Assembly: GCA_030390025.1 (NCBI GenBank)
Contig: CM059431.1
Location: 149,360,001-149,424,000 of the forward strand
Source of the DNA: Squalus acanthias
Taxonomy: Eukaryota
Direction of reading: 5' to 3'
DNA length: 64,000 nt
Shown: piece by piece, positions 27,001-38,980 of the stretch
How the letters are laid out: every line of letters starts with the position of its first letter
How positions within the stretch are numbered: the stretch's first letter is position 1
Notes under the pieces: generated by a model
What the model was told of the DNA's origin: nothing
Seen by the model: only the letters and a program-made list of their open reading frames with translations
Database searches by the model: none
Program-made: the position numbers and the translations under genes

Positions 27001-29619
27001 CAGCCGGTGGGAGACGGAGGTCCACACACAGAGCAGGATGCGCCCAGGCTCCATTCTCGGCTTGTGGTATATTACTTGCTCTTATTCGGTGAGGCTCCGA
27101 TCCCCACACACAGAGCAGGAATGGCCCAGGCTCTGTTAACAGATCTCAACCGGTGCAGTTCTCATCCCCACACAACAGGAAAGAGGCAGGAACCATCCCG
27201 GCCTGTGGTGAGTGAGCTGATCTAACCCAGTGAGCCCCACAGAGAGTGCAGGATAAGCCGAGGAGCAGTAACCGGTCTCTGGTTTTTAGCTGATCTCACC
27301 CAGTGTGGTACTGAGCAACACAAAGTGCACGATGGGCTCAGGATTAATCCACCGAATTGGTGTGGTCCTGAGCCCCACCAGAGCAGGATGGGACAGAACC
27401 ATTCACCAGCCTTTGGTAGGTTAGCTGATAGCACCCAGTGTGGAACTCAGCCCTACACAGAGCAGTATGGGCCGAGGATCAACACACGGCCTGTGGTGTG
27501 TTAGCAAATATCAAACAGTGTGGTACTGAGTCCCATATAGAGCAGTATGGGCCGAGGATCATTCGCAGGACTGTGGTGTGATCGCAGATATCAACCAGTG
27601 TGCGACAGATTCCGACACAGAGCAGGATGGGCCCACCACATTCCCATGCCTGTGGTGTGTTTGCTGATCTCACCTGGTGTGCTAGTCAGCCCCACACAGA
27701 GCAGGATGGGCCCAGGAACATTCCCACGCCTGTGTTGTGTTAGGTGATCTCACCCAGCGTGATACTGAGCACGACACACAGAGCAGGATGTTTCCAGGCT
27801 CCATTCCAGGCCTGTGATATGTTAGTTGCTCTCATTTGCTGAGAAATGAGCACGCATACCCAGCAGGAAGGACCCATTCTCTATTCACGGCCTGTCGATT
27901 TTCTGTTGTACTCATTCAGTGTGGTACTGAGCCCCACACATAGTGCAGGATAGGCCCAGGATCATTTCACTGACTGTACTCTGTTAGCTGAACTCACCCG
28001 GCGTGGTGCTGAGGCCCACACAGAGCAGGATGGGCAGAGAATCTTTCCAATGACTGTGGTGTGTTATCAGAACTCGGCCGGTGCTGTACCGAGACACAGA
28101 CAGAGCAGGGTGAGCCTAGGATTATCCTACGCTTGTGGTGTGTTAGCTGATCTCACCCGGTGTGTTAATGCGCACTAGAGAGAGCACAATCGGCCCAGGA
28201 TCATTCTAGTGCTGTGGTATGTGAACTGATATCACTTAGTCTGGTATTGAACACCACGCAGAGCCGAATGTGACCAGGCTCCATTCCCGGCCTATGATTT
28301 CTCAGTTGTTCACATTCGGTGAGTTACTGAGCTCCACATACAGAGCAGGAAGGGCCCAGGCTCCATTCTCGGCCTGTGTTATTTCTGTTAATCTCAATAG
28401 GTGTGGTACTGAGCTCTACACAGTGCAGGAAGTGCCCAGGATCAGTTCCTGTCCTTTGGCGTTTTCCCGATCTCAACCAGTGTGATACTGAGCACCACAC
28501 ACAGAGCAGGAGTAGGCCCAGGCTCCATTCCCGGAGTTGGTGTGTTAGTTATTCTCATTCTATGAGGTATGAGCCCCATTCACAGAGCAGGAGGAACCAA
28601 GGCTCCATTCCCGACCTGCAATGTGTTAGTTGTTCACATTCTGTGAGGTACTGGACCCCACACACAGAGCAGGATTGACACAGGCTCCATTCCCGGCCTG
28701 CAATGTGTTAGTTGTTCACATTCTGTGAGGTACTGAGCACCACACACAGAGCAGGAAGGGCCCAGGAGCAAACCCTCTCCTGTGGTATGTCAGTTGTTCT
28801 CATTTGGAGCTGGACTATGCCCTGTATACAGAGCAGAAGGGCCCAGGATTTTTACCAGTCCTGTGGTCTTTTCCCTGATCTCTCCCGGTGTGAGACTGAG
28901 GTCCACACACAGAGCAGGATGCGACCAGGCTCCATTCTCGGCCTGTGGTATATTACTTGCTCTTATTCGGTAAGGCTCTAATCCCCACACACAGAACAGG
29001 AATGTCCTAGGCTCTGTTAACACATCTCAACCGGTGTAGTGCTCAGCCCCACACAACAGGAAAGAGGCGGGAACCATCCCGGCCTGTGCTGAGTGAGCTG
29101 CTCTAACCCAATGAGCCCCACAGAGTATGCAGGATAAGCCGAGGATCATTACCCGGTCTCTGGTTTTTAGCTGATCTCACCCAGTGTGGTACTGAGCAAA
29201 ACAAAGTGCACGATGGGCTCAGGATCAATCCACCGAATTGGTGTGGAACTTTAGCACACCCAAAGCAGGATGGGCCCAGAAACGACCGGCCTTTGGTGGG
29301 TTAGCTGATAGCACCCAGTGTGGTACTCAGCCCTGCACAGAGCAGTATGGTCCGAGGATCAATACACGGCCTGTGGTGTGTTAGCACATATCAACCAGTG
29401 TGGTACTGAGTCCCATATAGAGAAGTATGGGCCGAGGATCATTCCCAGGCCTGTGGTGTGTTCGCAGTTATCAACCAGTGTGGTACTGATTCCTGCACAT
29501 AGCAGCTGGGCCCAGTAACATTCCCAGGCCTGTGGTGTGTTAGCTGATCTCACCTGGTGTGCTAGTTAGCCCCACACAAAGCAGGATGGTCCCAAGAACA
29601 TTCCATGGCCTGGCGTTTT

Positions 29620-30530
29620 ACTGAGCCACAAATAACAGGACAGTTCCAGGCATCCACTCGGCTCTATGCTGAACTATTGCATATCAACTGCTGTCTGGAA
29701 CTAAAACAAAACGTGTAAACTGAACCAACACCAAGACACTGCTCCAGTATCAAGAAGCTCAAACAGAAACATTAAAGGTAGCCTTTGCCCGAAAGTGTTG
29801 CCAGTGCTCGGCCTGATTCAGGGATCATTATTTGTTTGATGAAAACATTAACCCGGTTACATTATTGATGCCAGAGAGTCAAAGAAAACTTCATTCTTAA
29901 TAAAGCAATCACAAGGAATAAATATTAAAACGTAGAAGCACGGCATTCTCGGCACTGACATCACTAAGCAGCCACCTGTGTAAGTAAGAGCTCAGAACAA
30001 TGGGGCTGTATCCACAAAAAGCCGGGAGAAAAGCAGTCATACAGTGGATTACATATTTACACAGTTAAGAACTGTCCAGAAACAATCACTGAACAAACAG
30101 GTTGATGGCATAAGGTAGAAATCATCTTCTAAATATGACTAAATATGCCCGCACTTTGTGTGAGAAGTGGTGATTTCTGTTGTTCTTGGAGCAGCTGCTG
30201 TTCGCTTGACTGGATGCCTGATTTGCAACCAAAGAAAATCTGCACTGAGACGCTCAAATTACATGATCCTATTAGTGCCAGTCAGGTGGGCACAGCAGCG
30301 TGACACACTATTCCCACTCATGGTTAATACATGGTTAATACATTTAAATAGAGATATTGAGAATGAACAGTCAAAGCAATGCAACAATTCAATCAATGTC
30401 ACTTCAATCATAAAACTCGCAGACGGGACAACCCTAAGAAATGTATATCAGACTATGACAGGTAAACTGTCCTGATTTACTGCGGGAGGCAGGCTCAGTA
30501 ATGAAGATTCGATTCTCTGTATTACTGGTT
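29620..30530. repeat. Non-satellite cassette, copy 2
   Basis: Colinear with copy 1. Confidence 0.9.
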
Positions 30531-33500
30531 CCATTCTCAGCCTGTTGTATTTCCGTTTTTCTCATTCAGTGTGGTACTGTGCCCCACACACAGAGAAGAA
30601 AGGCCCAAGGTAACATTCCCGGCCTGTGGTATGTCAGATGTTCACATTACGTGAGGTACTGAGCCCACCATGCGAGAAGAATAGGCCAAGGTACCATTCC
30701 CGGCCTGTGGTATGTCTGTTATTCTCATTCGCTGATGTAGTCAGCTCCACAAAGTGCAGGAAGGGCCCACGATCATTCCCTGCCCTGTGGTATGTCAGTT
30801 CTTCCCATTTGAAGTTGGACTGTGACCCGCACACAGAGCAGCAGTTGCGCAGGAGCGTCCCCTCTCCTGTTAGCTGCTCTCACCCGTGGGATACTGAGCA
30901 CCACACACAGAGAAGAATGTGTCAAGGCTCCATTCAGGCCTGAGATATGCTAGTTGTTCTCATTTGGTGAGGAACTGAGCTCCACACACACAGCAGGATG
31001 AACCCAGTCTCCATACCCGGCCTGTCGTGTTTCTGTTGTTCTTTTTCAGTGTGGTACTGAGCCCCACACAGAATGCCGGATAGGCCGAGGAACATTCCAC
31101 GGCATGTGGTCTGTTAGCTGATCTCACCCGGCGTGGTACTGAGACCCACACGAAGCAGAATGGGGAGAGGATCATTCCAGTTACTGTGGTGTGTTATCTA
31201 ATCTTGCCCACTGAGGTACTGAGCCACACACAGAGCAGGATGAGCCTAGGACCATCGTAATCTTTTGGTGTGTTAGCTGATCTCACCCGGTGTGGTACTG
31301 CTCACCACAGAGAGCAGGATGGGCCCAGGATCATTCTAGTCCTGGTGGTGTGTTGCTGATATCACTCAGTGAGTTATTGAACCCCACGCAGTGCAGAATT
31401 GGACGAGGCCCCATTCTCGGCCTGTGGTATGTCAGTTGTTCTCATTCAGTGAGATACAGAGCACTACACAGAGCAGGAAGGGCCCAAGCACCATTCCCGG
31501 CCGTCGGTATGTCAGTTGTTATCATTCGGTGAGGTGATGCACAGCTCACAGAGAGAAGGATGGGCCCAGGCTCCAGTTGCAGCCGGCGGTGTGTCAGTTA
31601 TTCTCATTCGGTGAGATACTGAGCTCCAACAGTACAGCAAAGACCCAGGCTCATTCCCTGTCCTATAGTGTGTCAGTTATTCTCATGTGGAGATGTACTG
31701 TCCCCTCACATGGAGTAGCAAGGATCCAGGATCATTCCCTGTCCTGTGGAGTGTTTCCTCATCTCAACCGGTGAGATACTGAGCACCACACACAGTGCAG
31801 GATGGGCCCAGACTCCAATGCCGGCCTGTGGGTGTCAGTTAATCGCATTTGGTGAGGAACAGATCCTGTCAAACAGAGCAGAAAGAGCCAGGTCCCCATT
31901 CCCGGGCTGTGGTATATCAGTAATTCTCATTTTCTGACGTAAGGAGTCCCACACAGAGGGAAGGGAGACCCTAGGATGTATTACCGGCCTGTGGTATGTC
32001 TGTTATTCTCATTTGGCGTGGTACCGAGCCCCACACACAGAGTAGGAAGGGCCCATGCTCCATTCCCGAACTTTGGTAATTCTATTATTCTCATTCGGTG
32101 AGTTACTGCACTCCACAAACTGCAGGAAGGACCCAGGAGCATTCCTCCTCCTATGGTATGTCAGTTGTTCTCATTTGGAGATGGACTTTGCACAGCACAC
32201 AGAGCAGGAAGGGAACAGGATCATTCCCTGTTCCGTGGTGTTCTCCATGATCTCACTTGGTGTGATACTGAGCACCACACACATAACAGGTTGGGCTCAG
32301 GTCCATTCCCGCCCTGTGGTCTGTCGGTTTTTCTCATTCAGAGAGATACTGAGGCCCACCCACAAATCAGGATGCGCCCAGGCTCCATTCCCGCACTGTG
32401 GTGTGTCAGTTATTCTAATTTGATGAGGTACAGTGCCCCACGCTTTGCACGTTGGGCCCAGGATTATTCCACGGCCTGTGTTGGGTTAGCAGATTTAAGC
32501 TGTTTTGGTACTGAGCCCCACACAGAGCAGGATGGGCCCAAAATCATTCTGCATCCAGTCTTGGCTTGCTGATCTGATCCAGTTTGGTACAGAGTCCAAC
32601 ACAGTGCAGGATGGGCCCAGCCTCCATGCCGGCCTGTTTTATGTTAGTTATTCTCTTTCAGTGAAGGACTGAGCCCCACAGAGAGCAGGAATGGGCCAGA
32701 ATGTATTACCGGCCTTTGGTATGTGAGTTTTTCTCAATAGTTGAGGTACTGATGAAGGCCAAGAGAGAAGCAAGGTCGCAGGTACCATTTCCGGCCGGCG
32801 GTATGTCAGTTGTTATCATTCGGTGAGGTACTGAACAGCACACAGAGAGCAGGATCGGCCCAGGCTCCATTTCCAGTCTGTGGTGTGTCAATTATTCTCA
32901 TTCGGTGAGATACTGAGCTCCAACAGTGCAGAAAAGGCCCTTACAAGGAGCAGCAAGGGCCCAGGATCAGTCCCTGTCCTGTGGAGTGTTTCCTCATCTC
33001 CACCGGTGTGATACCGAGCAGCATACAACGAGCAGGCTGGGCCCGGTCTCCAATGCCGGCCTGTGGTGCGTCAGTAAATCTCATTTGGTGAGGAACAGAG
33101 CCCCTCAAACAGAGCAGGAAGAGCCAGCTCCCCATTCCCGGGCTGTGTTATGTCAGTAATTCTAATTTGCTGACGTAATGAGCACCACACAGAGGGAAGG
33201 AAGACCCAAGGCTCCCGTCCCGGCCTCTGGTATTTCAGTTATTCTAATTTGGTGAGGAAATGAGCCCCACACACACAGCAGGAAGGGCCCAGGATCTTTT
33301 TCTGTCCTCTGGTGTTTTCCCCTATCTCACCCGGTGTGATACTGAGCACCACACACAGTGCAGGATGTGCCCAGACTTCATTCCCGCCATGTAGTCTGTC
33401 GGTTGTTCTCATTCAGAGAGTTACTGAGCCCCACACATACATCAGTATGCGCCCAGGCTCCATTCCCGGCCTGTGGTGTGTCAGTTATTCAAATTTGTTG

Positions 33501-34169
33501 AGGAACTGGGCCTCACACACAGAGCAGGAGGGGCCCAGGGTAATTCGCTGTTCTCTGGTGTTTCCCCCTATCTCACCAGGTGTGATACTGAGCACCGCTC
33601 ACAGAGCTGGAATGGGCCCAGACTCCATTCCCGGCCTGTGTTATATAAGTTATTCTCATTCAGTGAGGTACTGGCCAAACACACAGAACAGGAATGTCCC
33701 AGGCTCTGTTAGCAGATCTGAACAGGTGTAGTGCTCAGCCCCACACAACAGGAAAGAGGCAGGATCCATCCTGGCCAGTGCTGAGTGAGATGTTCTCACA
33801 CAGTGAGCCCCACACACAGTGCAGGATAGGCCGAGGAGCATTCATAGTTGTAGCTGATCACATATAGCGAGGTACTGAGCCCCACACAGAGCAGGATGTC
33901 CCCAGGAGAATTCCCAGAGCTGTGGTGTGTCAGCTGATCTCATCCAGTTTGGTAATGAGCCCCACACAGAGGACAGGCCCAGTATACATCTCAGACCTGT
34001 GGTGTGTCAGCTAATCTCACCTGGTGTGCTACTTATTCCCACACAGAGCAGGATGGGTCTAGTATCATTCCCTGGCCTGTGATGTGTTAGCAGATATCAA
34101 CCAGTGCGGTACTGAGTCCCACATAGTGCTATATGGTCCTCGGTTCATTCCACAGCCTGTGTGTGTATG

Positions 34170-34775
34170 TAATCCCAATCACATTGAATAAATAATAAAA
34201 GGTAAAAGCCCGGCATTCTCGGCACTGACATCACTAACCAGCCACCTGTGTAAGAAACAGCTCAGAACAATGGGGCTGATTCCTCAAACAGACGGGAGAA
34301 AAGCATTCATACCATGCAATATATATTTACACTGTTAGGGTCTGGCCAGAAACATTCACTGACAACAAAAGTTGACGGCATAAGGCAAAAAACATCCTGG
34401 GTCCCAATAGCGATTAAATATATCCGCACTTTCTTCGAGAAGTGGTGATTTCTGTTGTTGGAGTAGCTGCTGGTCGCTTGACTGAATGGCTGATTTGCAA
34501 ACAAAGGAAACCTGCACTGAGACGCTCAAATTTCATGATCCTATTAGTGCCAGTCAGGTGGGCAAAGCATATTGAGACACTATTACCACTCATGGTTAAT
34601 ATATTTAAATAGAGATATTGAGGATGAACACTCAAAGCAATGCAACAATCAATCAATGGCACTTCAATGACTGGACACCCCTAAGAAACGTAGATCAGAC
34701 TAGGACAGGTAAACTGACCCGTTTAATTGCGGGAGGCAGACTCAGTAATGAAGATTCGATTCTCTGTAGTAATGG
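34170..34775. repeat. Non-satellite cassette, copy 3 (left-truncated)
   Basis: Matches the right two-thirds of copy 1. Confidence 0.88.
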
Positions 34776-35439
34776 CTCAATTCGCGGCCTGTAGTATTTC
34801 ATTTGTTCTCATTCGGTGAGGTACTGAGCCCCACCCAGTGAGAAGGCAGTGCCCAAGAGCATTGCCTGTCCTGCGGTATATCTGTTATTCTCATTTGGAA
34901 ATGGACTGTGCCCCGCACACAGAGCAGCAAGTGTCCAGTATCATACGATCTCCTGTGGTATCTTAGTTGTTCTAATTTGCTAAGGAACTGAGCCCACACA
35001 AAGCAGGAAAGTCCCAGTCTCCATTTCCGGCCTCTGGTATTGCTGTTTTTCTCATTCAGTGTGATACTGTGCCCCACACAGAGCAGGATGGGCCTCGGAT
35101 CATTCCCCGGACTGTGATGTGTTAGCTGAACTCACCCAGTGTGGTACTGAGCCCCACACAGAGCAGGATGTGACCAGGATCATTCCACGGCCTGTGGTGT
35201 GTTTGCAGGTATCAACCAGTGTGGTACTGAGCACCACACAGAGCAGGATAGGCTCAGTATCATCCCACGGCCTGTGGTGAGTTAACTGCTCTCACCCAGT
35301 GTGGTACTGAGCCCCAGACAGAGCAAGATGGGCCCAGGATCATTGGCAGGCCTGTGGTGTGTTAGTAGGTATCAACCAGGGTGGGACTGAGCCCGACACT
35401 GAGCAGGATGGTCCCAGGATCATTCCATGGTCCGGTGAG

Positions 35440-36115
35440 TTACTGAGCAACAAAGAACGGAACAGTTCCAGCAATCCTCTCTGGTCTCTGCTGAACTATC
35501 GCATCTCATCTGCTGTCTGTATTTAACACAAAACATGTAAACTGATCCATCACAAAGAAACTGCTCCAGTATCAATTAACTCAACGAGAATCCTTAAAGG
35601 TAGACATTGCCCGAAAGTGATGCCATAGCTCGGCCTGATTCAGGGATCATTAATTGTTGGATTAAAACATTAACCCAATGGCCTTACTGATGCCACAGAT
35701 TCAAAGAATATTCCAGTCTGAATATAGCAATCACATTGAATAAATAATTAAAACGTAAAAGCACGGCATTCTCGGCACTGACATCACTAAACAGCCAACT
35801 GTGTAAGATACAGCTCAGAACAATGGGGCTGATTCCTCATAAAGACTATAGAAAAGCAGTCATACCGTGAAATACATATTTACACAGTTCGGGACTGTCC
35901 AGAAACATTCAGTCACCACACAAGTTGACGGTGTAAGATATAAATCAACTTCGGTCCTAATAACGATTACATATGCCCGCACTTTCTGTGAGAAGTGGCG
36001 ATTTCTGTTCTTCTTGGAGTAGTTGCTGTAGGCTTGATTGGATGACTGATTTGCACACAAAATAAACCTACACTGAGAAGCTCTATTCACATGATCCGAT
36101 TAGTGTCAGTAAGGT
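35440..36115. repeat. Non-satellite cassette, copy 4 (right-truncated)
   Basis: Matches the left three-quarters of copy 1. Confidence 0.88.
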
Positions 36116-37019
36116 GAGTAAGTGTCAAGCATCATGCCCTCTCCTGTAGCATCTTAGTTGTTCACATTTGGTAAGGTCTGAGGCCCACACAAAGCTTGAA
36201 GGACCAAGTCTCCATTCCCCGCCTGTGTTATTTATGTTGTCATCATTCAGTGTGGTACTGAGCACCACACACAGTGCAGGATAGGCCCAGGATCATTCCA
36301 CGGCATGTGGTGCGCTGGCTGATCTCACCCGGCGTGGTACTGAGCCCCACACAGAGCAGCATGGGTCCAGGTTCATTCCACGGCCTGTGGTGTGTTAGCT
36401 GATCTTGTGCAGTGTGGGATTGAGCCCGACACAGAGCAGCATGGGCCTAGGAGCAGCCCCAGCTTCTGGTGTGTTAACTGAACTCACCCCGTGTGATGCT
36501 GAGCAGCACACAGAGAAGGATGGACCCAAGATCATTCCAGTGCTTTTGGTGTGTTAGCTGATATGACCCAGTGTGCTACTCAACAACACATGGAGCAGCA
36601 TGGGACCAGGCTTCATTACCGGCCCGTCGTCTATCAGTTGTTCACATTCGGTGAGGCACTGAGCCCCACATGCAGATCAGGAAGGGCTCAGGCTCCATGT
36701 CCAGCCGGTGTAATACTTGTTATTCACATTCAGTGAGGTACTGAGCTCCACACAGTGCAGGAAGGGCCCAGGATCATTCCCTGTTCCGTGATATTTTGCC
36801 TGATCGCACCCGGTGTGAAACTGAGCAGCACACATAGAGTAGGTTTGGGCCCAGGCTCATTCCCGACCAGTGGTGTGTCAGTTATTCTCATTCTTTGAGG
36901 TATGAGCCCCACACACAGAATAGGATGGGCGCAAGCTCCATTCCCGGCCTGTAGTATGTTAGTTGTTCACATCCCGTGAGGTACTGAACCCCACACACAG
37001 AACAGGGAGTGCCCAGTTT

Positions 37020-37760
37020 TGTGTCATCCGCAAATTTTGAAATAATGCCCTGTACACCTCAGTCCATATGATTAATATATATCAAGAAAAACAGTGGTCC
37101 GAGTACCGAAACATGTGAAATACCGCTCTCTACCTTCCTCCAGTCCGAAAAAACACCGTTCAACAAGACACTTTATTTCCTGTCACTTAGCCAATTACGT
37201 ATCCATGCTGCCACCGGCCCTTTTCTTCCATGGGCTTCAACTTTGCTGGCAAGCCTATTATGTGGCACTTTATCAAATGCCTTTCGTCAGACCTTCTACA
37301 CCACATCAAACACGTTACCCTTATCAACCCTCTCTGTTACCTCATCAGAAAATTCAAACAAGTTGTTTAAACAAGATATGCCATTAGCAAATTCGTGCTG
37401 GATTCACTTAATTAATCCATACTTGTCCAAGTAACTGTTAATCTTGTCCCGGATTATCTTTCTTTAAACCTTCACTAACATCGAGGTTAAGCTGACTGGT
37501 CCTTACACGCATTTTTGAACAAGTGTGTAACATTTGCAATTCTCCAGTCGTCTGGCACCACCCCCGTAACCAAGGAGGATTGGAAGATTATGACCACAGT
37601 ACCTACACAATTTCCACCTTTACTTCCTTCAGCATCCTAGGATGCATCCCCTCCGGTCCTAGTGACTTATCTAATTTAAGTACAGCTAGCCTTTCCAGTA
37701 CCTGCTCTTTATCAATTTTTAATTCCATCTAATATCTCAACTACCTCCACATTCTCTATG
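37020..37760 (-). mobile_element. Old CR1 RT fragment
   Basis: Reverse-complement CR1 signatures (GTCATCCGCAAATTT, TCAAATGCCTTT, GGATGCATCCC..GGTCC). Confidence 0.8.
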
Positions 37761-37764
37761 ACAA

Positions 37765-38980
37765 TAGGGAGAGCGGAACAGAGAAGGGAAGAGAGAGTTA
37801 GACTGGGCGAGAGAAGAGGAGATTGGCAGCGTGAGAGAGACAGCCAGAGTAATAGATACAGAGAGATAGAGATATATAGAGTGAGGCAGAGAGAGCGAAG
37901 GAGACAGGGAGAAAGATGCAGAGAGGTGAACAGAGCCAGAGAGGCACAGAGAGTGACAGAGAGTGAGAGGGAGACAGAGAGAAAGAGACAGAGATAGAGT
38001 GATCTGAGCAGAGGTAGGGGAGAGAGAGAGAGAGACCAAGAGAGGAAGGGAGGGAGAGACAGAGCGACATAAAGAGAGACAGAGAGGGAGAGGCAGACAG
38101 TGGCGAAGACAGAGAGAGAGAGGGCGGGAATTACCGACAGAGATACTGGCACTAAGAGACAGAGAGAGAGATGGACGCATAGTGGGAGTGAACACTAGAG
38201 AAAGACTTGGAAAGACTGCGAGAGCGAGAACAAGTAAGAGATTTAGAGGAAGTTAAAGAAAATATGGAAAGACACAGACATGGTGAGGGAGCCAGAGACC
38301 GAGACAAGAGGTCAAGAGCGAGAGGGAGAGACAAAACGAGGCAGAGACAGACAGCTGAGCAAAGATTATGGGCTGAGAAATAAACCAACAGAGACAGAGA
38401 GGAACAGAGAGCGATACACATCGTCAGAGTGACAGGGAGGCTGAGAGAGAGAGGCTGAGAGAGAGAGAGGCGGAAACAGATAGGCTGAGGCAGAGAGTCA
38501 GAGACAGAGAGATACAAAGAGATTATGTGCTGTGAAATAGACTAACAGGGACAGAGAGAGAGAAAGTGATTGAGAGGGACAGCGAGTGAGTGAGAGAGAC
38601 AGAAAGTGAGTGAGAGACAGCGAGTGAGGAAGCGAGAAAGCGAGTGAGTGAGAGAGACAGAGAGTGAGTGACAGAGACAGAGTGAGTGACATAGACAGAG
38701 TGAGTGAGTGAGAGAGACAGAGAGTGAGTGACAGACAGAGTGAGTGACAGAGACAGAGTGAGTGAGTGAGAGAGAGGCGGAGACTGAGAGAGAGTGAGCA
38801 CAACAGAAAGGGAGTAAGATGGACAGAGTGACAGAAATATTTAGGAGAGATAGACGGAGATAGAGAGAGGTGATATTATTAGATATAGAAAGCGAGAGAG
38901 AGGGTATAACAGAGATATAGCAGAGATCGATGATAGTGGACAAACACGGAGTGAGAAGCAGATTATAGACAGAGGGAGAT
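37765..38980. repeat. GA-rich tract
   Basis: Purine-rich simple repeats. Confidence 0.92.

Larger units (their letters stand above)
17845..37016. repeat. 80-82 bp satellite array with two subtypes and higher-order structure
   Basis: Exact 80 bp period at 17921/18001/18081 and at 20061/20141. Type A: GTTAGCTGATCTCACCCGGTGTGGTACTGAGCCCCACACAGAGCAGGATGGGCCCAGGATCATTCC. Type B: GTCAGTTGTTCTCATTCGGTGAGGTACTGAG..GGCTCCATTCC. Confidence 0.97.

Noticed and set aside
35760..36090. Minus-strand cassette ORF with faint T2R-like wording (FWTVPN..YFTV..SAPLF..VP)
   Set aside because: A stop after PLF/PLY is shared by the copies I translated, there are many other stops, and there is no 7TM pattern; the similarity is probably chance, and an HMM search would settle it.
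18800..36760. Many CACAGTG heptamers suggesting V(D)J recombination signals
   Set aside because: They are single-base variants of the satellite's CACAGAG; I saw no ACAAAAACC nonamer at 12/23 spacing and no V, D or J segments.
17845..37016. CRISPR-like array or repeat-protein gene
   Set aside because: Eukaryotic context with no unique spacers or cas genes; the 80/82 bp period shifts frame and stops are frequent.
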